Of a DNA stretch of 64,000 bases, positions 30,217 to 40,507 are shown one piece after another (the stretch's first letter is position 1; each line of letters starts with the position of its first letter). The translations under genes and the position numbers were made by a program. The stretch lies in NCBI GenBank assembly GCA_965198115.1, contig OZ240241.1, forward strand, positions 2,112,001 through 2,176,000. The letters run 5' to 3'. Source of the stretch: Candidatus Latescibacterota bacterium (GTDB lineage: Bacteria > Latescibacterota > UBA2968). The notes under the pieces are model-generated. The model did not search any database, was not told the DNA's origin, and saw only the letters and a program-made list of their open reading frames with translations.

Positions 30217-30687
30217 CTATCGGTCGACCGCGTCCCGTCTTTCGCGGAAAAAGGCTTTCAGAATGCGCGTGCACGAAGCCTCGGAAACACCACGAATGAC
30301 GGCAGGCCGATGGTTGAGTCGGCCGTCTTGTAGCACGTTTCTCAGAGAACCACAGGCGCCGGCTTTGGGGTCGGCGGCACCATACACCACTGTTTCGAGT
30401 CTGGCCAGAACGATAGCCCCCGCACACATCGCGCAGGGCTCGAGTGTCACATACAGAGCACACCCTTCGAGCCACCAATGACCGAGCGATTCAGCTGCGC
30501 GTCGGATGGCCACGACCTCGGCGTGCGCCGTTGGATCTGGCGTCGTCCGGGTCAGATTACAACCCCGACTGACGACCTCACGACCACGCAGGACGGCAGC
30601 GCCGACTGGCACTTCATCGACCTCCTGCGCCTCCTTGGCCTCCTCCAGAGCGATAGCCATCCCGAAGGTGTGGAGATCGCTGTTCAT
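30217..30687 (-). CDS. tadA: tRNA adenosine(34) deaminase
   Basis: EVPVGA, DPTAHAE, TLEPCAMC, DPKAGACGS and FFRERR motifs. Confidence 0.95.
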   Translation of the reverse strand: MNSDLHTFGMAIALEEAKEAQEVDEVPVGAAVLRGREVVSRGCNLTRTTPDPTAHAEVVAIRRAAESLGHWWLEGCALYVTLEPCAMCAGAIVLARLETVVYGAADPKAGACGSLRNVLQDGRLNHRPAVIRGVSEASCTRILKAFFRERRDAVDR

Positions 30688-30730
30688 TTGAGGAGATTCC
30701 TGTAAAAATCAGGCCAAAAGGGAGTTTTTG

Positions 30731-30759
30731 AATATATCAGTTTGATTTTTTCCCGTCAA
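30731..30759 (-). promoter_or_regulatory. Sigma70-type promoter for tadA-tRNA cluster
   Basis: TTGACG-17 nt-TATATT. Confidence 0.6.
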
Positions 30760-30946
30760 TCCCAAAGCCCTAAATGGGGCCCCCTCTAGCGCTGAAGGTT
30801 GCCCCCCACCACCCCCTCCCATAGATTTGGCAAGTTCCTCAAGGGGGAGAAGCACCGCTATCCGGACCCGCCAGCTCCTACGGGCTCGAATCCGGGCAGC
30901 CGCTCTCCGTGTTCTCCGTGTCCTCAGTGGTTCGTTTTAGTCTTTT

Positions 30947-31660
30947 ATGTCGCAGACCATCCTCATCGTCGAAGACGACCCTGACATCGCTGATCTCATC
31001 GAGATCCACCTGAAGGACATCGGGTATAATCTCGATCGGGCGGACGACGGCGCAAAAGGCATCGAAAAGGCGCTCGCCGGAGACTACGCGCTCGTGATTC
31101 TCGATCTGATGCTACCCGAGGTCGACGGGCTGGACGTCTGCCGCCGGATTCGAGAAACCAAAAAGCGGCTCCCCATCGTCATGCTCACTTCCAAGTCGGA
31201 GGAACTGGACAAGGTCCTCGGTCTCGAGTTGGGCGCCGACGACTACATCACCAAGCCCTTCAGCATTCGCGAGTTCATCGCACGTGTTCGTGCCTTGCTA
31301 CGTAGGGCAGCGGCCGATGAAGACCTGCCGGAGGCGTCAGGCACCCTCACCTTCGACAACCTGACGATTGACCTGGAAGCGCGGAAGGTCCAGAGGGGTG
31401 GCGAACGGATCGATCTTACCGCCAAAGAATTCGAGTTGCTCGCGCTTCTGGCCTCCCAACCGGGTAGGACCTACAGTCGCGACGAATTGCTGGACATCAT
31501 CTGGGGCGTCCAGTTCTCTGGCTACGAACACACCGTCAACTCTCACATCAGCCGATTACGTTCCAAAATCGAGCCCGACCCCTCGACCCCGACCTACATC
31601 CTCCGGGTCTGGGGTGTTGGCTACCGATTCGCCGAAACCGATGAGATCGAGGGATCCTGA
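30947..31660 (+). CDS. OmpR/PhoB-family response regulator
   Basis: VEDD, LDLMLP, GADDYITKPF, LTAKEFELL and VWGVGYRF motifs. Confidence 0.95.
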   Translation: MSQTILIVEDDPDIADLIEIHLKDIGYNLDRADDGAKGIEKALAGDYALVILDLMLPEVDGLDVCRRIRETKKRLPIVMLTSKSEELDKVLGLELGADDYITKPFSIREFIARVRALLRRAAADEDLPEASGTLTFDNLTIDLEARKVQRGGERIDLTAKEFELLALLASQPGRTYSRDELLDIIWGVQFSGYEHTVNSHISRLRSKIEPDPSTPTYILRVWGVGYRFAETDEIEGS

Positions 31661-31664
31661 TGAG

Positions 31665-33119
31665 ATGCGGAGCATCTACACCAAAATCTCAGCCGTTCTG
31701 CTCGTTCTGCTACTCGGCCTTGCGCTCGTGCAACTCGCGGTGTGGGACCGCACGTTCACCGGATTCGTGGCCGAGACCGACCAGAAACTGAACCGGTCCC
31801 TCGCCGCAGACCTAGCCAAGAAATTTTCGCCCCACTTGGCCGACAGCCTCGATTACGCAAGCATCGAGCATCAGTTCCACGAACTCATGGTCATGAACCC
31901 ACGCGTCGAGATTTACCTGATCGACCGCGCAGGCGGTCTGCTCGCCTACTTCGCCAAGCCGGAAAAAATCAACCGCATGCAGGTCGACATCGAGCCGGTA
32001 CTGTCCTTCTTCGCAGAGGGCGCCGATCATTTCCCTGTCTACGGCGACGATCCCAGGAGTCTGGCTGGCCGTAAGCCGTTCTCAGCCGTGCCCGTCACCA
32101 TCGGCGACAACAAACCCGGATATCTTTACGTCATCCTCGGCGGCGAGCAATACGAATCCACATCGTCCATGGTCCAGGACAGCTACACACTCCGGAATGC
32201 CGCCTGGATGCTCTCGGGCACATTCATCCTCGCTGGCGCAACGGGCCTCGTCCTCTTCCTCTGGGTAACCAACCGCTTGCGAACCGTCACGCGCACCGTT
32301 CACCAGTTCTCGACCGGCGACCACGAGGCCAGGGTCGTCACGAAATCGAAGGACGAGATCGCCCAGCTTGGAACCGCGTTCAACCAGATGGCCGATACGC
32401 TGGCCGAAAACATCCGTCGCCTCAAAGCCAACGACGACCTGAGACGCGAGCTCGTGGCCAACGTCTCGCACGACCTCCGCAGTCCCCTCGCCTCCATCCA
32501 GGGTTACATCGAAACCCTGGCCATGAAGGACGCGGACCTCACGCCCGAAGAGCGTCAAGCTTTTCTGACCACGGTGCTCAACAACGTCACTACCCTCGGT
32601 CGTCTCGTCACCGAGCTCTTCGAACTCTCACGCCTCGACGCAAAACAGATGCAGCCCCAACTCGAGCCCTTCTCCGTCGCCGAACTGGCGCAAGACGCGG
32701 CTCTCAAGTTTCAGCCTCAAGCCGAAGAGCGAAGCGTCGACCTCGCTGTTGAAATCCCCGAACGGTTACCGCTTGTCTTCGGGGACGTTTCCATGATCGA
32801 CCGCGCCCTTTCCAACCTGATCGAGAACGGCGTCAAATTCACGCCTGAAGGAGGCCGGGTCGCTGTCGTCCTCAACGCCGAATCGAGCGGCGTGTCCGTC
32901 TCGGTGAGCGACAGCGGCGAAGGCATTCCCGCCGCGGACCTCCCTTTCATCTTCGACCGTTTCTACCGCGGAGACAAAAGCCGGAGCAAGCGCGAAGGCG
33001 GCACCGGCCTGGGACTGGCAATCGCTCAGAAGCTCATCCAGGCCCACGATAGCACGCTTTCCGTCACGAGTCAGATCAATCGCGGAACCACGTTCTCGTT
33101 CAGTCTATCGGCTGCCTAG
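31665..33119 (+). CDS. HAMP sensor histidine kinase (BaeS-like)
   Basis: Two TM segments, HAMP, ANVSHDLRSPL, NLIENG, DSGEGI and GTGLGL. Confidence 0.93.
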   Translation: MRSIYTKISAVLLVLLLGLALVQLAVWDRTFTGFVAETDQKLNRSLAADLAKKFSPHLADSLDYASIEHQFHELMVMNPRVEIYLIDRAGGLLAYFAKPEKINRMQVDIEPVLSFFAEGADHFPVYGDDPRSLAGRKPFSAVPVTIGDNKPGYLYVILGGEQYESTSSMVQDSYTLRNAAWMLSGTFILAGATGLVLFLWVTNRLRTVTRTVHQFSTGDHEARVVTKSKDEIAQLGTAFNQMADTLAENIRRLKANDDLRRELVANVSHDLRSPLASIQGYIETLAMKDADLTPEERQAFLTTVLNNVTTLGRLVTELFELSRLDAKQMQPQLEPFSVAELAQDAALKFQPQAEERSVDLAVEIPERLPLVFGDVSMIDRALSNLIENGVKFTPEGGRVAVVLNAESSGVSVSVSDSGEGIPAADLPFIFDRFYRGDKSRSKREGGTGLGLAIAQKLIQAHDSTLSVTSQINRGTTFSFSLSAA

Positions 33120-33412
33120 AGACCGTGGGCGGTCACACAATGTCCGCCATCCTTACCCTGCACGATCGCACCACCGCCGACTCCGATCAGGTTTCCATCG
33201 CTTTCCGGTCAACGGTTCACGGAAGACAACCCACGCTACCACCTTTGCAGAACCTTCTCCCAAGCACAGGGCTCTTCTCCCCAGGCACCGAAGTAGCACC
33301 ACACTCTTTTACACCTTTCGCAATACTTTCGTGACACATTCCGGGCCTCAATCGCCCTCCTTTGAGGATGTCCATAGTCGAAGTCGGGATCATTCCTCCA
33401 AGGAGGCAAAGC

Positions 33413-35110
33413 ATGCGCAGGACTATTGAGATTCGCCCTGGCGGCGGGCCTCGTGATCGGGTGCGGTGAAGGCCGGGTCGATTCGCCCAACACCAGCAGC
33501 GGGCCCCTGACCAAACAGGCTGTGCCATCTCAGCCGCGCACCGTCGTCCTCGCGACCGTCACAGGCGCATCGTCGGCCGAGGGGCTCACGGTTTCATTCA
33601 GTTCTTCCGTATCAGGGCGCAACTCGAACTATCGATGGTCCGGCACGACCGATGCCAACGGGACCGCAGAAATCGAGATCGTCTCGGGCAGTCGCCGTGG
33701 TGCATCCGGTTACTACGCGGCACGTGCCACGGACGATGCCGGCACCGAAGTCGGGTCGTGGACGAGCATTCCTATCAACGCGGGTCGCGAGAACATCCTG
33801 ACGCTTCCCGTCGGCAGCCGCGCGAGTGTGTCGGCTGGTGACGCACTCACGCCCAAAACCGTGTTCACCGTCCGAATCGACAACGCGTCGCGTGCCTGGG
33901 ATTTCGCCGCGTCAGGCGTCTTCAACACGCCGACCGGTGCTTCCGGACCTGGCCCTCTCACGCCGGGCAACACGTATGAGTTCGATTTCACGGCCGCCCC
34001 GGGTAGCTTCCTCTCGTTCGTGACCATGTTCGTCCCTTCCAACGACTTCTTCTACGCGCCGAGCCCAGACGGCATCGCGCTCTGGGAGGACGGGTCGCAA
34101 ATCTCGGGTGACATCACCTCGCAGATCCAGCTATGGGACGGCGGTTCCGAGGTCGACCAGGAACCAGGAACCAGACCGGACCAGGCACAGCGTCAATCGG
34201 GTCCCGACGTCGGGGCAGCCGACGCCGACGCGACCGTTCGTTTGGCCGCGGACACCTTCTCGAACCTTCCTGCGGTGGCTGACGTCATTCAAGTCACCAT
34301 CACACCCACGTCCGACACCGGCTTCCACGTCAGCATCGAAAACGTCTCGACGGATGCGACGCTCAGCACGGCCGACGGCGCGACGCAGCTCGTGCCTCTC
34401 GCACCTGGAGTCTACGTCGTCCACAGCGGCCCTGCCCCATTGTTCGATGACGGGGTCGAGGACTCTGGCACCGGGCTCGCAGCAATGGCCGAGGATGGGG
34501 ATCCTGGCGCGCTGGCCGACTACGTCGGTGGCAAAACGGGACTAACGGTTCCACACTCACCCGGCGTATGGGTCGTCCACACAGGGACGGACCCCATCTT
34601 CACAGCAGGGCAGGCGGATCGCGGAGAAGGTCTGGAGGCCATCGCCGAGGACGGCGGACCTCTCACACTCGCCGATGCGCTTTCTGGTGGAACCGGAATC
34701 CAATCGAGCGGAGCGTTCAACACCCCCGTTGGCTCCGCGGGTCCGGGTCCCATCGGTCCGGGTGGCGCTTACACCTTCAGCTTTTCGGCCGAGCCGGGTG
34801 ACCGGCTTTCATTCGCAAACATGTTCGTGCCCTCGAACGACTTCTTCTTCGGGCCGGATGGCGATGGCATCGACCTCTTCCCCTCAGGGTCGGCATCCGC
34901 ATCCGGGACGTGACGGGCCAGATTGCCATCTGGGATGCAGGAACGGAGACCGATCAGGAACCCGGCACCGGTCTCGACCAGGTCCAGCGCCAGTCCGGGC
35001 CGGATACCGGTGCGGCCGATCCGGATGCGACCGTTCGACTCGCCCCGGACACGTTTGGCAACCTCCCGGCCGTCGAAGACGTCATTCGCGTGACGATGAC
35101 ATCGCGATAA
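33413..35110 (+). pseudogene. Multi-spondin_N-domain lipoprotein, two frameshifts (about 33425 and 34907)
   Basis: AAGGAGG precedes ATG 33413, which is out of frame with the lipobox LVIGC. The repeat MFVPSNDFF...WDxGxExDQEPG occurs twice, and the second copy continues in ORF 34910-35110. Confidence 0.75.
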
Positions 35111-35282
35111 CGGAATCGTCAACCATGTGCCTGGTGCAGGGCAGCGGTCACGGATCTTCGAGGTCCGTGACCGCTTTTTTACGAGCACCAACGTGATCTG
35201 GAACACGGACACGGTTGGTAGCAGCAACTACCCTAGGCAGCGAGCGTAGATATCCAACTCGGCCAGAGGATTCCGCACGACA

Positions 35283-37208
35283 ATGGCTTATCCCGAATTC
35301 CACTACAGATGGACCTGGAAGCTGCGACACACGCCTGCGGAGCTGTGGCCCTACGTCGCCGACACCAATCGGTTCAACCACGACACCGGGCTCCCGTGTG
35401 TGGATTGCCATCCGCTTCCCAAGGAGGAATCTGTCAATGCCCGGCGTAAGCTGAGCTTTCGCCGTATGGGAGTTCTCGTCGAATGGACGGAGGAACCTTT
35501 CGAGTGGGTCGCGCCTCGCAGATTCGGCGTCGTCAGACGATACAATCGCGGGCCCATCGAGCGCATGCGAATCGTCGCCGAACTAGAGCCATTCGCGGGC
35601 GGCACGCGATTGTTCTACCAAGTGTGGGCTCGCCCGGCGAATCTCATCGGCTTGCTCTCGATCCCAATCCAGATCGGCAGGGTGAGTGCCAAAGCGTTCG
35701 GCCGCGTCTTCGAGCGCTACGACGACCTCATCGACGAGGAGCGAACAGAGACAAGGTCCCAGATCCACGATTTCGTACCCGGGGGAATCAGACGCCTGAA
35801 GAGACTACGCGAGGAATTGGTCGATGCTGGCGGCGACGAGAACCTGATATCGTGTTTGGCCGACGTCCTGACCGAACGTCCCGACGTCGACGTGTCGAAA
35901 ATGCGACCTTACGTCTTCGCAGATGAATGGGACCAGCCTCGACGCAAGGTTCTCGACCTCTTCCTCCTGTCCACGCGTCTCGGCCTTCTCGACATGTCCT
36001 GGGACATCCTCTGCCCACTCTGCCGGGGCACAAAGGAGAGCGCCCAGAATCTCGCCGGCATTCTGCCCCAGGTCCATTGCGACACGTGCAACATCGATTT
36101 TGAAGCCGATTTCGACCGATCCGTAGAACTCACCTTCCGACCAGGCAGTACGATCCGTGAAGTCGGAGGAACGGACTATTGCGTCGCCGGTCCGCGCGTC
36201 ACGCCGCACGTCGTCGTCCAGCAGCTGCTCGCACCAGGCGATTCGCGGACCGTCGAGCCCGAACTCGACGAGGGACGTCATCGCCTTCGCACGCTGAAAT
36301 TGCCCGGTGGCCGTTACGTGGACGTCTCCGACACTGGCCAGCGCACGCTCGACGTGTCCGGCACAGCCGATGGCTGGTCACAGGAGGATGTGGCCGTGAA
36401 CACCCGGCCAGCACTGAAACTCCGCAACGAAACGGTTGACGAACAACTCTTCATCCTCGAGCGTGTGGCCTGGATGGACACTGCCGCGACCGCTGCCGAG
36501 GTGACGACGCTCCAGCGCTATCGCGACCTCTTCTCCAGCGAGGCCCTCCGACCCGGGCAGCGCATCGCCGTCGGCAACCTGGCCATTCTTTTTACGGACC
36601 TTTGCGACTCGACGCGAATGTATCGCGAAATCGGGGACGCCCCCGCGTTCGGTCTGGTGATGGAACACTTCGATATCCTGCGCGAGGCCATCGCCTGCGA
36701 AGGTGGCGGCATCGTCAAAACGATCGGCGACGCCGTGATGGCGGCGTTCCGCGAACCCGGCGCAGCGCTTCGAGCCGCGCTCCGAATCCAGGACACCTTC
36801 GCGCGCCACGAGGGCTTCGAACGGCCTGTCTCCCCCAAAGCCGGACTTCACTATGGCGCCTGCATTGCCGTAACCCTCAACGACCGTCTCGACTACTTCG
36901 GCTCTGCAGTCAACATCACTTCCCGTCTAGAGCACCTCTCCGAAGGTGGAATCATCGTCGTGTCCGAGGACGTCATTCGCGACCCGGAGGTCCAGGACCT
37001 GCTTGATACTTCAACCGAAATGCTTCGCATCGAGCCTTTTACCACCGATCTCAAAGGATTCGACGATGCATTCAACCTCTGGCGCATCGGACATCGGTCT
37101 GCCGACGAAACAGAACAGGCGACTCATCGTAATGAATCGCCTCGCGCTCTCCCGTTCGCCAGTTCCACGGCTCCCACTCCCCCTTTTGGGCAAAGCCGTC
37201 GCTACTGA
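35283..37208 (+). CDS. Class III adenylate/guanylate cyclase with N-terminal SRPBCC-like and DUF5939-like domains
   Basis: LFTDLCDST, VKTIGDAVM and DYFGSAVNITSRL. CPLC...HCDTC...YC cysteine cluster, and WPYVADTNRFN at the N terminus. Confidence 0.85.
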   Translation: MAYPEFHYRWTWKLRHTPAELWPYVADTNRFNHDTGLPCVDCHPLPKEESVNARRKLSFRRMGVLVEWTEEPFEWVAPRRFGVVRRYNRGPIERMRIVAELEPFAGGTRLFYQVWARPANLIGLLSIPIQIGRVSAKAFGRVFERYDDLIDEERTETRSQIHDFVPGGIRRLKRLREELVDAGGDENLISCLADVLTERPDVDVSKMRPYVFADEWDQPRRKVLDLFLLSTRLGLLDMSWDILCPLCRGTKESAQNLAGILPQVHCDTCNIDFEADFDRSVELTFRPGSTIREVGGTDYCVAGPRVTPHVVVQQLLAPGDSRTVEPELDEGRHRLRTLKLPGGRYVDVSDTGQRTLDVSGTADGWSQEDVAVNTRPALKLRNETVDEQLFILERVAWMDTAATAAEVTTLQRYRDLFSSEALRPGQRIAVGNLAILFTDLCDSTRMYREIGDAPAFGLVMEHFDILREAIACEGGGIVKTIGDAVMAAFREPGAALRAALRIQDTFARHEGFERPVSPKAGLHYGACIAVTLNDRLDYFGSAVNITSRLEHLSEGGIIVVSEDVIRDPEVQDLLDTSTEMLRIEPFTTDLKGFDDAFNLWRIGHRSADETEQATHRNESPRALPFASSTAPTPPFGQSRRY

Positions 37209-37234
37209 CCTCTGTCTTCTGGCCTCTGCTTCCG

Positions 37235-38083
37235 TCAACCGTCCACAGTCTCCCCTCCATACCCCTCAACCACTTCATTCAGTCTATCCGGATAATTCGT
37301 AATGATCCCCCCCACCCCCATCTCGATCATCTCTCGCATCTCCTCCGGTTCATCCACCGTGTAAACCCAGAAACCCATCGCACGACTCAGAAACATCTGC
37401 ACCAGATCGGGCGTCGCCGCAGTGTACCGGAGTGCCAGGGCATTCGCCCCCAGTTTCAGCACCCGTTTAACCACCCCCGTTCTGCGGCGAAGATTGGCTT
37501 CGCTCCCCGTCATCAGGAAGGCAGTCGGAATCCGCCTGTCCAAACGGTTGATACTTCGCACCGCGGGACCCAGGAACGACTGCATCACCACGCGGGACTG
37601 TGCACGCATCGATCGAATGATCGTGACCGCCCTTTCAGCCGCCTCTTCCGTCTTCGCTTCGATCAGCAAGAGCGCGCGCCAGCCGACAAGATCCAGGACC
37701 TCCTGAAGGGTCGGCACGCGCTCTCCGGCAAATTCACGCGTGAACCAGCTTCCCGCATCCAGTCGCTTCAGCTCAGCGAGCGTCATCTGATCGACGGGTC
37801 CCGATCCGTTCGTCGTCCGATCGACAGTACGGTCGTGGATGACGACTACCTCGCCGTCGGCGGTCAGGTGAACGTCGATCTCCACCGCGTCGACGCCGAT
37901 TTCGATCGCCTTCTCGATCGCCGTCAGCGTGTTCTCTGGGGCGAGTCCATCCCCGGAAGCGCCACGATGGGCGATCCGCATGACTGGAGGCAACGGAGCG
38001 CCGGTCCCCGAGTCTCGGATCCGTCTAAAAGCAGTCTTGATCCGTCGCCGGCGTCGTTTTTTTGTTTTACGCGAAATCTGCAT
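37235..38083 (-). CDS. Glycerophosphodiester phosphodiesterase
   Basis: IAHRGASG, APENT, EIDV, HDRTVDRTT and IITNYPD motifs. Start uncertain (basic N-terminal extension). Confidence 0.9.
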   Translation of the reverse strand: MQISRKTKKRRRRRIKTAFRRIRDSGTGAPLPPVMRIAHRGASGDGLAPENTLTAIEKAIEIGVDAVEIDVHLTADGEVVVIHDRTVDRTTNGSGPVDQMTLAELKRLDAGSWFTREFAGERVPTLQEVLDLVGWRALLLIEAKTEEAAERAVTIIRSMRAQSRVVMQSFLGPAVRSINRLDRRIPTAFLMTGSEANLRRRTGVVKRVLKLGANALALRYTAATPDLVQMFLSRAMGFWVYTVDEPEEMREMIEMGVGGIITNYPDRLNEVVEGYGGETVDG

Positions 38084-38331
38084 TCGTTATCGATCAATGA
38101 GGACCAGAGAGTCCGTTCAGGGTCGCCAATTTGGGCCCGTCCACGCCGGGTCCGCAAACGGATTTCTCGCGCCAAACACCCGATCAACCACCCCTGGACC
38201 CCAAGACTCATATATGTTCAACATCCGACATTGGGCGTCGATGTTCGACATTCAATCCTTGCGCTTTTTTTCTCAGGCTCTGAGCAAAATCGCCGATAAC
38301 TTCAAGTGTGGGAACCATTTCGGGATTTATC

Positions 38332-38360
38332 TTGACCCCGATTCTGGCTTCGCGTATAGT
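38332..38360 (+). promoter_or_regulatory. Sigma70 promoter of tRNA-Asn
   Basis: TTGACC-17 nt-TATAGT. Confidence 0.65.
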
Positions 38361-38383
38361 TTCATCCACTGGATTCAAGGCAT

Positions 38384-38459
38384 TCCGGCGTAGCTCAGTC
38401 GGCAGAGCAGGTGGCTGTTAACCACCGTGTCGCAGGTTCGAGTCCTGCCGCCGGAGCCA
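38384..38459 (+). tRNA. tRNA-Asn(GTT)
   Basis: TCCGGCG acceptor, GGTGG-CTGTTAA-CCACC anticodon arm, GGTTCGAG and CCA. Confidence 0.96.
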
Positions 38460-38587
38460 GTTAGAACGTCCGACTGAAACGAGCCTGGTGTGGTTAACAC
38501 TTCGGTCGGATCATCGAAGATCTCCAGGCATAACTCCTGAGATTTCCACACGATTTGGTTGATGTGGAGTCTCAGGAGTTCTTTTTG

Positions 38588-40007
38588 GGCTATATCCGGA
38601 TCTCTCAACGAGATGAAGTGGGTGAAGGTGCCGTGGTTCCTGGCATGGGGGCGCGGTTAGAGTGTGCGGAACCTCTTCGGAATCTGCTCAGGGATGTTTA
38701 TGTCTCCGACGGTAAGGAAGATCATATCGTTGAATGCGTCGAGTGTGCGGAATCCGCTGGCTCGGTTCTTGACGATTTGGACGATTCGGTTGAGGCCTTC
38801 GGCGATGGCGTTGGTAAGACGCGTGTTCACGAATGCGAGGACGCCGAAGAAGTGCTGTCGCAGGGTCCTGACGAACTTTCGCAGGGGTTCACGTCGACTT
38901 CTGAGTGCGGACGTCGTCCAGCATTTCAGGAAGCGTTCGGCAGCCCAGGGCGCTTTGTATTCCCAGAACTGCTCGAACTCGTCCTTGAGTCTCCAGGCTC
39001 TATAGATTCGGTAGTTCGCCTTCTCCAGTGCTTTGAGTGTCCGAGTATCCCCTCTGGAGCGTGTCGCTGAGTGCCGGTAGAGGAGCCATCGGAGGCCCTT
39101 CATGGCTTTGCGCTCATCCGGGGCAGCTTTACGCCACTGGTCCTTACGGACCTCGTCAACGGCGGCATTGAGAGCCTTGACGATGTGAAAGCGATCGAGG
39201 ACCAGCTTGGCATTCGGACAGTGTTCCTGGATGGCTCCGATGTAAGCTTCGCTCATGTCGCAGCAGGCCCACTCGATCTTGGATCTCCGGTAGGGACTGA
39301 GAGCCTCTGTGAAGAACCGATCGATCGTTTTACGCGCCCTGCCGCGGCCAACCCACACCACGCAGGAGCGGTCCAGATCGTAAACGAGCGTGGCGTACCT
39401 GTGACGCTTGGCGTAGGAGATCTCGTCGATCCCGATGGTTTTGAGCCCTCGGATACGATGACCTTCACGAAGCCGCGTGATGGATCGGTGAAGGAGATCC
39501 GACAGCGTCGAGGCAGAGATGCGCAGTAACTCGGACGCCGCCTTCTGCGTCATGGTCTGGCAGTAGCGCAGCATGGCATACTCGAAGCGATACGTCACCC
39601 GAGAGAACCGCTCCGCCCACGGAATCTCCTCGACCACACGACCGTGGGTAGGACACCGAATCTCCCGAGGATGGTAGAGAAGCCAGACCCTCCACCCGCA
39701 CACCGGAATGTCACGCCACCGACGCGGATGGGGCATTGTGCGGACGATTTTACCTCGACGGCCGCACTCCGGACAACAACAACCATTCTTATGTGGCTTT
39801 ACGGCGATGACGAAACAGCTTCTCCCCTCAAACCACCAGCTGACAACACGGAACCCCTTGAATCTCAGCAGTTTCGATAGTAATCTGCTCCCGGTCATAG
39901 GTCGCACCCCCTTCGCTTTGATTGTCCTACACACACAACCAAGCGTAGGGAACGATCTATGACCTTGTCATTCTATAGTTTCACCGTTGAGAAACCCGGA
40001 TAGAGCC
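38588..40007 (-). mobile_element. ISL3-family element, copy 1 (1420 bp)
   Basis: Imperfect IRs GGCTCTATCCGG/GGCTATATCCGG and 8-bp TSD TCTTTTTG (38580-38587, 40008-40015). Confidence 0.95.
38657..39898 (-). CDS. ISL3 transposase
   Basis: CPECG zinc finger, IGIDEISY, CCDMS, DRFHIVK and TNAIAEGLN motifs. Confidence 0.95.
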   Translation of the reverse strand: MTGSRLLSKLLRFKGFRVVSWWFEGRSCFVIAVKPHKNGCCCPECGRRGKIVRTMPHPRRWRDIPVCGWRVWLLYHPREIRCPTHGRVVEEIPWAERFSRVTYRFEYAMLRYCQTMTQKAASELLRISASTLSDLLHRSITRLREGHRIRGLKTIGIDEISYAKRHRYATLVYDLDRSCVVWVGRGRARKTIDRFFTEALSPYRRSKIEWACCDMSEAYIGAIQEHCPNAKLVLDRFHIVKALNAAVDEVRKDQWRKAAPDERKAMKGLRWLLYRHSATRSRGDTRTLKALEKANYRIYRAWRLKDEFEQFWEYKAPWAAERFLKCWTTSALRSRREPLRKFVRTLRQHFFGVLAFVNTRLTNAIAEGLNRIVQIVKNRASGFRTLDAFNDMIFLTVGDINIPEQIPKRFRTL

Positions 40008-40507
40008 TCTTTTTGTTCCTCGGGTGTTGCTGCCCCGTAGATGTCGCTGAATCCCTCGAGAGTCGTCTTCAGCCTGACCGCATCCGCGACCTTTGTCTTC
40101 AAAAGCATCCTCTCCCGCCTTGCCTCATCGATCTCCATCTGGATTCCATCCTTCTGCTCTTCCAGCTCAACGAGTTTCTCTCCAATTGCCTTGATCTCGG
40201 CTCCGCCTTCTGCAAGCGCGACCACAAGTCGACCGATCTGCTCCTGAAGTATTTTCTTCCGCTGAGTGAGCCGACTCAGGGCATCGTCCAGCCCCTGAAC
40301 TTTGGCGCTAGACCACAGGTTGGTGCTGCAAACCAACGACCTGATTAACGCATCGTCTTCCTTCACCTGCTCAAGCCTGCGAGCCACAACGTCTTCCAAC
40401 GCCCCGGCCGAATCTGGTTTCATTGAGACAGCTTCACGCAACGACGAGCCCCTCTCTCACACTCAAGAAAGTGGGCTTCACTTTAATGATTTCCGGTGAC
40501 ATCGTTG

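Larger units (their letters stand above)
38460..40441 (-). pseudogene. Probable large serine recombinase C-terminal remnant, split by ISL3
   Basis: Removing the IS and one TSD rejoins ...AGALEDVV...coiled coil...ATPEEQKE to LLRLHINQIVW..., and the frame reads into the tRNA-Asn 3' end (GSGGRTRT). Confidence 0.55.
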
